Assembly: GCA_951406725.2 (NCBI GenBank)
Contig: OX597814.1
Coordinates: 190,526,001-190,590,000 of the forward strand
Origin: Octopus vulgaris
Lineage: Eukaryota
Length of the DNA stretch: 64,000 nucleotides
Direction of reading: 5' to 3'
Shown: positions 50,103 to 63,870 of the stretch, one piece after another
Numbering within the stretch: the stretch's first letter is position 1
How the letters are laid out: every line of letters begins with the position of its first letter
Translations under genes and position numbers: made by a program
Notes under the pieces: model-generated
What the model saw: only the letters and a program-made list of their open reading frames with translations
The model's database searches: none
Told to the model about the DNA's origin: nothing

Positions 50103-50694
50103 GCATGTTTATGGGGTGTGCTTGTTCTTTTATTTTCTTCTGTCATTACCAGTTCATGAAATTACAAAAGAGTGAAGGTGTGTTTTTTTATCAATTAATT
50201 TTCTTTTATGTAACTTAGTCACCAGAAGAATAACAGTAGCCATGACCTTTCACAGAACCTCCAGAGTGGTACATGAATGAGGGAGATAAGATAGATAAAG
50301 AGAGAGGGAAAAGGAGGGGAGGAGAGGGTGAAAGAGAGACAGGAAATGCTTGTAGTGAGAGAGGGAGGACCAAAGAGGAGGAGGAGGGACAAAGAGGAAG
50401 TAGAGTATGAAAGAGAGAATGCAACACATTGGTTGCTTCAGAAGGAAGTTATCAGAGACAGAAAGCACAATTATACCCAAAGGGGAGACTTGCTATGGTT
50501 TCATTTCTACAGTAGCCCTCATGCATTAGGGCAATGAAAAAAAATAAGAACTAAAAAAAATCCAAGGAAAGAGATGGCTTCATTAGCATACAATTTGCTC
50601 TTCGTTAAATATACTAAATATTCTTCATTTCAATCACATAAATATCTTAAAATACAGAATTCCAGTTTAAAATGATATTTTTAGTTCATTTTAC

Positions 50695-51097
50695 TCTTTT
50701 GCTTGTTTCAGTCATTTGACTGTGGCCATGCTGGAGCACCACCTTTTTAGTCGAGCAAATCGACCCCGGGACTTATTCTTAGTAAGCCTAGTACTTATTC
50801 TATCGGTCTCTTTTGCCGAACCGCGCTAAGTTACGGGGACGTAAACACACCAGCATCAGTTGTCAAGCGATGTTGGGGGGACAAACACAGACACACAAAC
50901 ATATACACACACATACACATATATATATACTTATATACGACGGGCTTCTTTCAGTTTCCGTCTACCAAATCCACTCACAAGGATTTGGTCGGCCCGAGGC
51001 TATAGTAGAAGACACTTGCCCTAGGTGCCACGCAGTGGGACTGAACCCAGAACCATGTGGTTGGTAACAAAGCTACTTACCACACAGCCACTCCTGT
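50695..51097 (-). mobile_element. Family A SINE, full length
   Basis: Close to consensus, head to tail. Confidence 0.9.
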
Positions 51098-51630
51098 GAA
51101 AATTCAAAGTAAAATGTTAATTTTTTGAGGTTGCAGTCATACAACAATAAGGCAAGTGTCACAGTTAATTAGACTAAATCTGCATATCCTACAATGACTT
51201 GATGAGCTGACTCACGCACAAAATGCATCTAATTTCAATATGCAATTCTGATCAACCTGAAATAGTTTCATGTTCTAGGTTTTGTAGAGATAAAAATGGT
51301 TGTCAGCCAATGAACAATGTGACTTGAATAAGACGATTCAAGTATATTTGTAATAGCATTTTTTAAAACGAAATCATTGATGAGTAATAATGCATTATAT
51401 CAGTACATAAAGCTTTCATAATGGTTTCAGAGTGTTTATGTCCACCGTGAGCTATGCATTTTTTTCTTAGTCAACTATAGTATTTTTATTGCGTGATTGT
51501 AATTCCTACACACCTTTGCATTTTTGTTTTGTTCTTTATTTGACAATTGGAAATTCTAAACTAAAAAAGTTTTCTATAAACTGAAACGGACAACAAAAAC
51601 TTATTTTAACCAATGAAATCTGAATTAATT

Positions 51631-51975
51631 AGGCGTAGGAGTGGCTGTGTGGTAAGTAGTTTGCTTATGAACCACATGGTTCCGGGTCCAGTCCCACTGC
51701 GTGGCACCTTGGGCAAGTGTCTTTTACTATAGCCTTGGGCCGACCAAAGCCTTGTGAGTGGATTTGGTAGACAGAAACTGAAAGAAGCCCATCATATATA
51801 TGTATATATGTGTGTGTATGTATGTATATATATATATATGTGAAACAAGGTGGAAAAAAGAGTACTTAAATACCAAGGGTAGAGTAATATGGTTTATTTA
51901 AAAGCAGCAGAAATTCAACAAAACCTGTTATTCCGAGTAACAGGTTTTATTGAATTTCTGCTGCTTTTAAATAAA

Positions 51976-52014
<39 letters not shown>

Positions 52015-52237
52015 TATATGTATGTATGTGTGTGTGTGTCTGTGTTTGTCACCCTGAAATCGCTTGACAGCCGATGCTAGTGTGTTTACATCCCTATAAC
52101 TTAGCGGTTCAGCAAAAAACACAGATAGAATAAGTACTAGGCTTACAAAGAATAAGTTCTGGGGTCAATTTGCTCAACTAAAGGCGGTGCTCCAGCATGG
52201 CCACGGTCAAATGACTGAAACAAGTAAAAGAGTAAAG
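51631..52237 (+). mobile_element. Family A SINE with a hairpin insert (about 51840-51976) in its (TA)n tract
   Basis: SINE halves flank an insert carrying a 38-bp-arm inverted repeat at 51893-51975. Confidence 0.88.
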
Positions 52238-53314
52238 GGTAATAAAAATACTAGTTTTTAAAAACTGAATTGAAGTTTTGAAAGCTGGAAATGACTGAAA
52301 GTGATAAACGTTTGAAATTTACATAAAAACTGATATCAAATCTGAAATCAATTTTTTTTCTCTTTTACAAAATCTAAATTTAATTTGAAACTGAAATTTC
52401 AAATAATCATGTCAACATGACATCGTGACCCCATAATAATCAGACTAAATATTTTTAGTACATTCATACAAGTTTTGGGTGGCAGGAAGAAACCTGAAGG
52501 AAATTTTGCTTCTATTTCTAGTAAGTCAAGCTTACAGAGACTCAATCTGTATACTACACAAAAACAGAATTTGACGAAACAAATTAGAGCATGGAATATA
52601 TCCAGATTGTTTATACAATTTACCAATGCTTTTGGAAAATGCAGGATAGTGATCATGGCTGTGTGGTAAGAAGTTGGCTTCCCAACACCAAGGTTCCAGG
52701 TTCAGTCCTTATGAGTGGATTTGGTAGAAAGAAACTGAAAGAAGCTTGTTGTATATGTATATATATTTGTGCATCTATGTCTTTGTGTTTGTCTCCCATC
52801 ACTGCTTGACAACCAGTGTCGGTGTATTTACATCCCTGTAACTTAGTGGCTCAGCAAAAGAGACCAATAGAATAAGTACAGGGCTTTTAAAAAAGGTTGG
52901 TTCGTTCACCTAAAAATATTTCAAGGTGGTGCTCCAGAATGGCCACAGTCTAAGACTTGGTTGCTACTTTTAGCAAACTGAATAACCATGTAAAGGCTCG
53001 TTTGCCAGCTCATGTGAAAATATGTATATATAAAGGTTTGTTCAAATATAACTTTACATCAACAATCCACATGCAACATTAATGTTCAAATCATACTTGC
53101 TTTTCAGATTCAAGTTGTTGAATCTACAAGTTTTATATAGTTCAGGCTTTATCTAAAGCAAGCTCACCCTTTCATAAGTCCCATTTTGTTAAGGAGTACT
53201 AAGTGCAACTTAGAGAGGAAGTATGCTTCAAATGTGGGACATATGTGATGTTTAATGAAGCAGCCAGGTTAATCAAGGCCTCAAGTAAAATCAAAAGTTA
53301 TTCTATGAACCAGG

Positions 53315-56300
53315 CAGTGGCGGCTCATGTATAGGCACTGCAGAACCTCCTATTTCCATTCAATATAATGAGTCCTTTTTTCTATAATTCTTTCTCTATA
53401 CTTATACATTATATAATCCTTAAGCTTAATATCAAAAGCCATCCCCTAGTCTATACAAAAAATATACAAAAATCCTTGTATAGAACTGTGTGCTTCACAG
53501 TTCCAGCAACGCAGTGGTTGGCTGTTGTGTGCATGCTCATATGTTCAAGATAGGAAGCTTCTCACTAGGGAGAGAGAGCACTGTATGAACGACAGTGCTG
53601 ACTCCAGTGTTCCAGTGAAAAATAGAGTTTCTTTTTGACTCCATGTGTGTTGTGCTTAAAAACATGCTTATATTCTTGAATGTGATAAAGTGTAGAATTA
53701 GATTATTATCCTTCTTCCAGCTTCAGTGTTGCTGCTAGGATTTGAAAAATAGGGCACATTTTCCCCGCTTATTTTGTGATTTAGAGTAGATTTTTGAAAA
53801 ACAAGGGGGAATTCACAGCAAGCATAGAATATATCCAGATTATTGTCCATACAATTTACCAATGCTTGTTGGAAAATGCAGGATAGAGATCATGGCTGTG
53901 TGGCAAGATGTTTGCTTCCCAACCACAAAGTTCCAGGTTCAGCCCTAGTGAGTGGATTTGGTAGAGAGAAACTGAAAGAAGCTTGTTGTATCAGTATATA
54001 TATTTGTGTGTCTATGTCTTTGTGTTTCTCCCCTAGCACTGCTTGACAACCAGTGTTGGTGTGTTTACATCCCTGCAACTTAGTGGCTCAGCAAAAGAGA
54101 CCAATAGAATACATTCAGGGTTTAAAAAAAAGTAATTAGGTCGATTCGTTCACCTAAAAATGTTTCAAGGGGGTGCCCCAGAAATACCACCAAATGATAA
54201 GAAAAAGAACCCTACAAGACTGTGCAAAATGCACAGAGAAGAGAGACGCTAAAGGAAAGAAGATTCGAAGAGAAAGCAGATACATGAGTGATGTCTGCAA
54301 GATAACTTTGTGTGTAACTCCTTGTTTTAAAAATTATCATTCTAAATAAACTGTCCATCTCATTTTTAAAAAATTTTCCATTGATTTAAAAGCAATACAT
54401 CTTATAAAAAATCGAAGATAGTTAAGTTATATGTATTTTTTTCAACGTCCGAGTTAACTCGTTTAAATCCAAATGAGTAAAAGTTCATTTTAATTTCTAT
54501 AATAAAAAATAAAGGAAACAAGATAAAAAAAGCTTTTTTTTGTAATTAACACAGTGTATATAATTAAAAAAAGAAATTAAAAAGAATGCTCTGAAATGAA
54601 ACGCCATGTCAAAATAAATGATCCATTAAGGGGTTAATTAATTTCATAATTAAAATTTATAAATTTGAGTTTTAACAGTTTAAGATTACTTTATGAAGCA
54701 AAATGGCCCTAGACTTAAAATACTGGCTGACTTATCCCAATTTGCATAACCAAACAAAGAAACAGGTTTCACTATAACCAGAAGTAGCAGCCAAAATTCT
54801 CCTAAATCACACCTCATTGCCTTCTAGAATTACATGAATAATGTTGATCTGGAAAATATGCTGGTTGTAAATGGGATGGTCAAGACTGAAATAACTTCCA
54901 TCTTAGGTCATGTTCTATCAAGGCTGACCTAGGGTTAAACAACAAGTCATAAGATGACAGCATTAATGGATATGAGTGATGTATTGCCCTATACAAGTGA
55001 TATTATAGATAGTAATAAAACAGGTGATGTCATCATATACAATAATAAAAGCAAGGTATGAAACAAAACTAAACAAGTAATAATTTATTATAGTACAGTA
55101 TGGGGGAGGGGTAGGAGGAGAAAGAAAGAAATTATGTACAAAATGGACCGACTCATACATTCAGAAAATCTTTAGAATTGCTCACTTTGACTCCAGTATA
55201 GAAATCTTAATATCTTTGACTCAGGTACACTGGTTGGTCAGTGGATCTCAGTCGTTTGAAGTAGGACCCTCTTAGAAGCATTATAGGCTTCTGGGCAAAT
55301 CAATGCACTGCTCCCTATAGTATTTATTTATTGCCAACTTGCCACAACATACGTATCAGAATTGGGCTCCAAGACTTCTGAGGCCCCTGGGCAACTGCCT
55401 GTTGTACCCATTCCTTATGGCAGTATTCATATGAAGATGTACAATTAGTTCAGAGCTGTAATTTGCTACTTACTCTATAGAGACATAAATAATTGCACAT
55501 GCAAAATTTCAGCTAGATCAAACAACTGCAAGTGGGTCAGGGGCATTACTTATTGAACGCCCTTCATAGATTCAGTTGTTTCAACAACTGAATTACCTGC
55601 TTCTGAATCAATGCATAAGTGGCTGAGTATTCCAAAAGTACAGATATATAAACACACATATATATATATGCATGCACACACACATGTATACAGGATAGCC
55701 CAGAAGTCACAAAGGTGTTAATAATTCATTTATGTTCTGTTTTTAATTTATAATATCTTAACATAATACGTGGTCTGATCAATAAGTATCCGGATTGTTG
55801 CCATAATAACAAAGCTAAAACATGCGGAATGAAGCCGCTTGGCACAGATTGACCTTGAACTCTGCTGTGCATGCACATTAAATTTTAAGGTTTTAGCTCA
55901 CTTCCATTGTTTACAGCAGTGCTTGGAAGGAACATGTGTAGCATGTGATCATTGCATTGACCATAACAGAGAAAGGTGAGAAGAGAATTTTTCATTTGGC
56001 AATACCTGCTCAGAAGCCTACGCAAGTTTTCAAGAAGATTTCATCATTCTTGACACAATCAAGGAGATCTTGTGCAACTGAAACCCAAATGATTTCTTGG
56101 TCAGCTGAAGCAATTTTGGCACAAACTTGGCAGGCATGCTTTTCATACCCAAATCTTCAGTAATAATGGACTGAACTGAGCTATAACTAATCTACACATC
56201 CTCTGATAACTCATGGATGGTGATTCAATGATTGCATGCACATCTGCAATGTTTTTCTCAGTTCTGCTTGTTGCAGGTCTCCAAGTATGTTTGTCAATAT

Positions 56301-56560
56301 TGACATTTCTTTTTACCATTTTGGAAATGTTTGAAACACTCATACACTTGTGTGCAGCTCATACACTCCTCACTATACACTTTCTGCAGGCCTCTGAGCA
56401 GGTAACGTTATGACAACGTCCTCTGTCAATGCAACGATCACATGCTACACATCTTCCTTCCAAGGTCAATTTTTGACAAGCAGCTTCACTCTACTCTGTG
56501 TGCTTTAGCTCCATTACTATGGCAACAGTCTGGTTACTTATTGATCAGACCTCATATGTA

Positions 56561-56619
<59 letters not shown>

Positions 56620-58564
56620 TACATACATATACACACACACACTAAAATGATGATGATGGATATGTTTACATAGAAGATGGGAAACAAACAACATTTGTAT
56701 GGTTGTGACATCCATTTACAACTATCACAAGACAAAGCAAGCACACTCACATGCGCACGCATGCACGCATGCACACACACACATGATGAGCTTCTTTCAG
56801 TTTTCACCAAACAATTCCAGGTCTATAGAAGAAGACACTTTCCCAAGGTGTCGTGCAGTGCGACTGAACCCAAAACCATATAGTCGGGAAGCAAGCTTCT
56901 CAATCACATACAGATACACTCAATGGGGTTTTTTCAGTTTTTGTCAACCAGATGCTCGAAATCGATGCCTGGCATCCGTGCTAGTGAGATCGTTGCCAGA
57001 GTAACAAGCTGACCTCCGTGCCGGTGGCACATTAAAAACATCATTTGAGAGTGATCATTACCTGTATCGCCTTACTAGCACTTGTGCTGGTGGCACGTGA
57101 AAAAAACATTCGAGCGAGGTCGTTGCCAGTGCCGCTGGACTGGCCCTCATGGCGGTGGCATGTAAAAGCATCCACTACACTCTCAGAGTGGTTGGTGTTA
57201 AGAAGGGCATCCAGCTGTAGAAACTCTGCCAGATCAGATTGGAGCCTGGTGCAGCCATCTGGTTCACCAGACTTCAGTCAAATCGTCCAACCCATGCTAG
57301 CATGGAAAGCGAACATTAAACGATGATGATGATGATGAGATGCTCTCATAAGGCTTTAGTAGATCCAAAGCCATAGAAGAAGACACTTACTCAAGGAGCC
57401 AAACAGTGGGCTTGAAACTAGAACCACATGGTTGTGAAGCGGAATTTTAAACTACACAGCTATGCCTGTGCAAGTATATCATAAAATTAGTTTTTGATGC
57501 ATTCAAAGATTCCTTGAAGCTATACTCTCATATATGAAAGCTACAAAAGAGAAATGCCTACACCTTACATATAAAGACATTTGAACAGAGCAGAAAAGAA
57601 CCATCACCAAATGGACATTAAAATCTTAGCCTTGATTTACAAGGTTCAGTATTTTCACAATTAGGTTATTCATCAAAATATTTGCTCATAATAGAACACA
57701 AACTCTGGTAGTACAAGAACCCTTCTAATGGCAATTAATTAATTGCAATATGAATGCACCAATGTGAATTACATACAGGAAAATGAAAGCATATAACAAA
57801 ACAATTCAGTGTTTGTAGCATTCAAGACAATTCTAAAGAAAAACTAATAAGAAAAGACAATAGCTTTAATTCAAGATTCAGATTGACAGACAATACATGT
57901 CACTGGTTTCTTGTATAAGGAGAGAAATAGTAATGATTCTATCCCAAGTAATCTAGATGGCAGAAGAAGGTTAGAATGACTGTGTGGTTAAATAGTTTGT
58001 TGACGACAGAGGGCATGATCCAGCCAACGCAGACATCTCATTAGGATGACTTGTCGGAGGGAGATGATTTTGCACTGGTGTTGCACCGAATTGTTGGAGA
58101 CAAAGTGATGCCATCGGACACGAAGGATGCGGCGCAGACAGAGGTGATCGAAGGACTCTAACTAGGAAGAGAGAGCACTGTATAAATGACAGTGTTGACC
58201 CCAGCGTTCCAGTGAAAAGTAGAGTTTCTTTTTGACTCTGCGTGTGTTGTGCTTAAAAACATGTTTATATTCTTGAATGTGATAAAGTGTAGAATAAGAT
58301 TATTATCCTTCTTCCAGCTTCAGTGTTGCTGTAAGGATCTGAAAAATAGGGCACATTCCCCCCACCCCTGTTTTGTGATTTAGGGTGGATTTTTTAAAAA
58401 CAAGGGGGAATTCACAGCAGCGTCCAGTGAACCAATTAAACACACTACCCAAGTTTATGTATAAATTTTCTTTTTATATATTTGTTTCCTTTTACACAAT
58501 ATTAATATTAATAAATTTTCTGAAGCAGCACCCCCCCACTAATTTTATTTACAAGCCACCACTG
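53315..58564. mobile_element. hAT-like element ends separated by later duplication and insertions
   Basis: TIR cagtggcggct / agccaccactg; 8-bp TSD gaaccagg / gaaccaag (7 of 8 match). Confidence 0.65.
55769..56554. mobile_element. Mariner-derived element with long inverted ends
   Basis: TA|cgtggtctgatcaataagta...tacttattgatcagacctca|TA; inversion continues internally (about 55920-55962 vs 56425-56463); decayed transposase-like HTH region on minus strand. Confidence 0.78.
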
Positions 58565-60006
58565 GAACCAAGAAAGTTCATAAGTTTTGTGTTTTTGCAC
58601 AGTATTCTCTTATAGTCTGTGTATGCACAGGACAATAATGTTATTAGCTAACATACCAAGAAGCATATCATGTAGGTAATGGACTACCAGTTGTGTGGTG
58701 TGATGTGGTAATAGCTGTAATGGTATGATAGAAATTACCATCCCTGGAAGAGTGATGTACTCTGGATATAAGACAGCATTAAACATTTACCTGGCAACTG
58801 TTCAGTCAAAAATAATTCAAGGATGCTGATACAAATCAACAAATCACCTGGTGGGTGATTTTACACCTGACATACAGCCACCTCCTTATATTACTATATT
58901 TCAAGATTGGGAGCCTGGTGCAGCCATCTGGTTCACCAGCCCTCAGTCAAAATCGTCCAACCCATGCTAGCATGGAAAGCGGACTTTAAATGATGATGAT
59001 GATGATGATGATGATTTCCTCAAAGTCAAGAGCTTTTTTGATTTGTTCTTTTTTTTTTTTGGTGAACTACTTGGTGACTTCAGTAGTACCAGTGCCATGA
59101 AAAAAAAACCCCACCCAAAGCACCCTTTAAAGTAGCTGGCATTAGGAAGGGCACCAAACCACAGAAACCATGCTAGTCGCTTAATATCTTCCACCCTACA
59201 AACTCCTTTGAGTTCTATTTTACTCAGATGGACCCCAATAGCTATTTAATATTTTTAAAATATTTCTATAATTAAATATTATTAGGGACATATAAAAAGA
59301 AATTGTCAAAATATTTTGAGTAATTTACTGAACATAATTTTTAACAGCAAAATCTTATATTGCCCTCCAAGGATCAGATGGGCCCTGATTGAGAGCCACT
59401 GCTTTACATGATCACTTGGTCCAATGGAAATAGCAACCAAATTCTCATATCATACCCTACTAACTGAAAAAAGAGAAGGATACATCAGTCCTCCATACAC
59501 TATGCCTGAAAAAGAGACGGGATGGTCACAGCTGGAATTCCTTTGATTATAGATCTGTTTGCTTAGGTTTGACCTAATGAACAACAACACTTTACTAAAG
59601 AAAACAGATGAAAAATAAATCAACAGCCAAGTAAAGTAAAGACTAAAAATGCTACTTGAACTATTTTGTATGTTGACATCATTAGATAAGGATATTGAAT
59701 ATAAATGAAAAGCACATATCTACGACAGGATCATAAGTTGATATCTTATAAAAACAGGTTTACCCAAGAGGTACAGCATTGAAAATTATGAATTCATGTT
59801 AACTTATGCAGAAAGTGTTAGATTATGGCTGTGTGATTATGAAATGCACTCCCCAAACACATAGTTTAGTCCCACTGTATAGCATTATGGGAACTGGGTC
59901 GGAAAATACCAAAATATTTAGAAAACTTTAGTGTTTTCAAAGTACTGTACTGTTATGGGTGAATTCCTCTGAGGTGAAATGATGATAGCTTTATTTATAT
60001 ATATGT

Positions 60007-61609
60007 ATCATCATCATCATCGTTTAACGTCCGCTTTCCATGCTAGCATGGGTTGGACGGTTCAACTGGGGTCTGGCAAGCTCGAAGGCTGCACCAGGCC
60101 AGTCAGATCTGGCAGTGTTTCTACAGCTGGATGCCCTTCCTAACGCCAACCACTCCGAGAGTGTAGTGGGTGATTTTATGTGCCACCGACACAGGTGCCA
60201 GGCGAGGCTAGCAGACGGCCACGCTCGGATGGTGTTTTTATGTGCCACCGACACAGGTGCCAGACGAGGCTGGCGAACGGCCACGCTCGGATGGTGTTTG
60301 TCACGTGCCCTCAGCACGGAGGCCAGTCGATGCGGTACTGGCTATGGTCACGCTCGGATGGTTTTCTTATGTGCCACCGGCACTGGTACCACAAGGATAC
60401 AAATTCCATTGATGTTCATCTATTTTGATTTGGTTTGATTTGATTTGATTGATTTTCACTTGCCTCAACAGGTCTTCACAAGTGTCACAAGAAGGAAGGT
60501 ATGCACAGGTGGACTGACTACGTCCCAGGTAGGGGCCACGGGTTATGGCTTCACTAGTCTTGCCGGGTCTTCTCACGCACAGCATACTTCCACAGGTCTC
60601 GGTCTCTAGTCATTTCCATGGTGAGACCTAACGTTCAAAGGTCGTGCTTCACCACTTCGTCCCAGGTTTTCCTGGGTCTACCTCTTCCACGGGTTCCCTC
60701 AACTGCTAGGGATTGGCACTTTCTCACACACCTATCTTCATCCATTCTCGCCACATGACCATACCAGCGCAATCGTCTCTCTTGCACACCACAACTGATG
60801 CTTCTTAGGTACAACATTTCTCTCAAGATACTAACGCTCTGTCGAGTAAGTACACTGACATTACACATCCATCGGAGCATACTGGCTTCATTCCTCACGA
60901 GCTTACGCATGTCCTCAGCAGTCACGGCCCATGTTTCACTGCCATGTAGCATGGCTGTTCGTACACATGCATCATACAGTCTGCCTTTTACTCTGAGCGA
61001 GAGGCCTTTAGACACCAGCAGAGGTAAGAGCTTCCTAAACTTTGCCCAGGCTATTCTTATTCTAGCAGTTACACTTTCAGCGCACCCACCCCCACTACTG
61101 ACTTGGTCACCTAGATAACGGAAGCTATCAACTACTTCTAGTTTTTCCCCCTGGAAAGTGACGGAAGTTGTTTTCTGCAGATTTTCGGAGGTCAATGCTC
61201 CCGAGCATCTGCCACATACAAAAACTATCTTCCCAGTTAGCCTACCTTTGACATTGCTGCACCTCTTATGTGTCCATAGCTTACACTGGGTACATCTTAT
61301 AGAGTTTCTACCTACACCTTTTCTACAGATCGAGCAGGGCCATCTTCCTGAGGATATTTGTGGATTGTCTACCTTTCTACTTATTAATACTTTGGTTTTA
61401 GCTAGGTTGACTCTAAGGCCCCTCGATTCTAAACCCTCCTTCCACACCTGGAACTTCTCCTCCAGTTCTGATAGTGACTCAGCAATTAGAGCGAGGTCGT
61501 CAGCATAGAGGAGCTCCCAGGGGCAAAACGTCTTGAATTCCTCCACAATTGCCTGGAGGACTATGATAAATAGGAGGGGGCTGAGTACTGAACCCTGGTG
61601 GACCCCAAC
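60007..61609 (-). mobile_element. 5'-truncated RTE-clade LINE: RT C-half, 3' UTR and (GAT)n tail
   Basis: VGVHQGSVLSPLLF, LLYADDL, FRYLGD, MLHGSETW, RGRGRPRKTW in and just before the 303-aa ORF 60635-61546; continuous into the common 3'-end repeat. Confidence 0.95.
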
Positions 61610-61637
61610 AATAATAATAATAATAATAATAATAATC

Positions 61638-62027
61638 TTTTATTTGTTTCAGTCATTTGACTGTGGCCAAGCTGGAGCACCGCCTTTAGTCGAGCAAATC
61701 GACCTCAGGACTTATTCTTTGGAAGCCTAGTACTTATTCTATCGGTCTCTTTTGCTGAACCACTAAGTTCCAGACACGTAAACACACCAGCATCGGTTGT
61801 CAAGCGATGTTGGGGGGGAACAAACACAGACACACAAACATATACAGACACATACATATATATGACGGGCTTCTTTTAGCTTCTGTCTACCAAATCCACT
61901 CACAAGGCTTTGGTTGGCCCGAGGCTATAGTAGAAGACACTTGCCCAAGGTGTCATGCAGTGGGACTGAACCCAGAACCATGTGGTTGGTAAGCAAGCTA
62001 CTTACCATACAGCCATTCCTGTGCCTA
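61638..62027 (-). mobile_element. Family A SINE, full length
   Basis: Reverse complement of consensus. Confidence 0.9.
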
Positions 62028-62246
62028 ATAATAGTAATATTAATAAAAGCGAAATTCTGTCTGTCTGGGACCCCTCTATCTCAGTCTACATTTGTTCTAC
62101 ATAGACATATTATACCTTTTTGGAATCAGGATGGTGCCAGGATTGAAAATCTGTCCATTTGGTTCTTGAACATCCACCATTGGGATCTGATTTTACCGGC
62201 ACGGAAGCCAGTTTGCTGCTCTGGCAACGATCACACTCGGATGGTG

Positions 62247-62277
<31 letters not shown>

Positions 62278-62279
<2 letters not shown>

Positions 62280-62975
62280 ATCATCATCATCATCATCATC
62301 ATCGTTTAATGTCCGTTCTCCATGCTAGCATGGGTTGGACGGTTCGACCGGGGATCTGGGAAGCCAGAAGGCTGCACCAGGCTCCAGTCTTATCTGGCAA
62401 TGTTTCTACAGCTGGATGCCCTTCCTAACGCCAACCACTCCATGAGTGTAGTGGGTGCTTTTTACGTGCCACCTGCACAGGTGCCAGGCGAGGCTGGCAA
62501 CGGCCACGGTCGGATTGGTGTATTTTATGTGCCACCGGCACGGAAGCCAGTCGAGGCGGTGCTGGCATCGGCCACGAGTCGGATAGTGCTTTTTACGTAC
62601 CACCAGACCAGGGATCCTGGCTGGTTCAATTCGATTTCGATTTCGCTTGCCCCAACATGTCTTCGCAAGCAAAGGGGGTTGTCATGGGTGCCTGTCGTAC
62701 GGTCGGATTGGTGTATTTTACGTGCCACCGGCACGGAAGCCAGTGGAGACGGCGCTGGCATCGGCCACGAGTCGGATAGTGCTATTTACGTACCACCAGA
62801 CCAGGGATCCTGGCTGGTTCAATTCGATTTCGCTTTCGCTTGCCCCAACATGTCTTCGCAAGCAAAGGGGGTTGGCATGGGTGCCTGTCGTCGGATAAGG
62901 TTCTATATCAACTTCGTTTGCCTCAACAGGTCTTTGTGTCCAAGGGAGGAAAGGCATTCATAAGTGGGCTGGGCT
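62278..62975 (-). mobile_element. RTE LINE 3' UTR copy with an internal about 193-bp tandem duplication
   Basis: Same tail as 60007-60420; units start at about 62508 and 62701. Confidence 0.85.
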
Positions 62976-63512
62976 CTTTTATGTTGAATAAAAACAAGGT
63001 TACTCAATACATTTGGTAAAGTGCAAATTTATCATTCCTCAATGATAATAGTATTGACAGTAACTTCAAAGTCTCAGCAAGCTTACACACACACACACAC
63101 ACACACAACCTCTTTCACAAGTTTATTTCCTGTCTACAGACATGTGCAAAGTTCTGTTTTTGTGCAAGACTAATAAGTTACATATGCAAGCCTCCTCTCC
63201 TCTTCCTAAGCCAATAACAATGCCTAAGGGACAGGCATCAGTGCCATTACCTATGAACTTCGAACATAAAGAGTTGGAAAAACAGAAGGCACTGATAATC
63301 CACTGTTCTGAATTGTACTTTACTTTTATCTTAACTTCTGAAGGATAAAGGTTAAGTTGGCCTTGATAGAATTTCAATGTAAAAAGCAGAAGAAATACGA
63401 GGCAAAGCATTTAGTCCAGAACTCTAATGATTCACCATTGAAGATAATCCATTTCAACAATATAAGTAGTTTCTTCTTCCATTATTCTCACACTTTAACA
63501 TAGATATTTACA

Positions 63513-63585
63513 TTCAAAATGGCTCAATGGATAAGGCACTGGCCTCCTAAGCCGGAGATTGTGGCTTCGAGTCCCATCAGAGGTA
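63513..63585 (+). pseudogene. tRNA-Arg(CCT) pseudogene
   Basis: tggctcaatggataaggcactggcctCCTaagccggagattgtggcttcgagtcccatcagaggta; anticodon at 63546-63548. The 5' acceptor strand (TTCAAAA) cannot pair with CAGAGGT, and the T-stem has a C-C mismatch. Confidence 0.8.
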
Positions 63586-63602
63586 GATTCTTCATTTTCA
63601 TA

Positions 63603-63831
63603 TTAGGCATAGGAGTGGCTGTGTGGTAAGTAGCTTGCTTACAAACCACATGGTTCCAGGTTCAGTCCCACTGTGTGGCACCTTAGGCAAGTGTCTTCTG
63701 CTATAGCCTTGGGCCGACCAAAGCTTTGTGAGTGGATTTGGTAGACGGAAAATGAAAGAAGCCCCGGGCCAATCAAAGCCTTGTGAATGGATTTGGTAGA
63801 CGGAATCTGAAAGAAGCCTGTCATATATATT

Positions 63832-63870
<39 letters not shown>

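Noticed and set aside
62322-62963. 213-aa ORF with an internal repeat
   Set aside because: Antisense reading of a duplicated RTE 3' UTR.
63123-63410. 95-aa Cys-containing minus-strand ORF
   Set aside because: Starts in a SINE remnant; Cys spacing is not EGF-like; no splice support.
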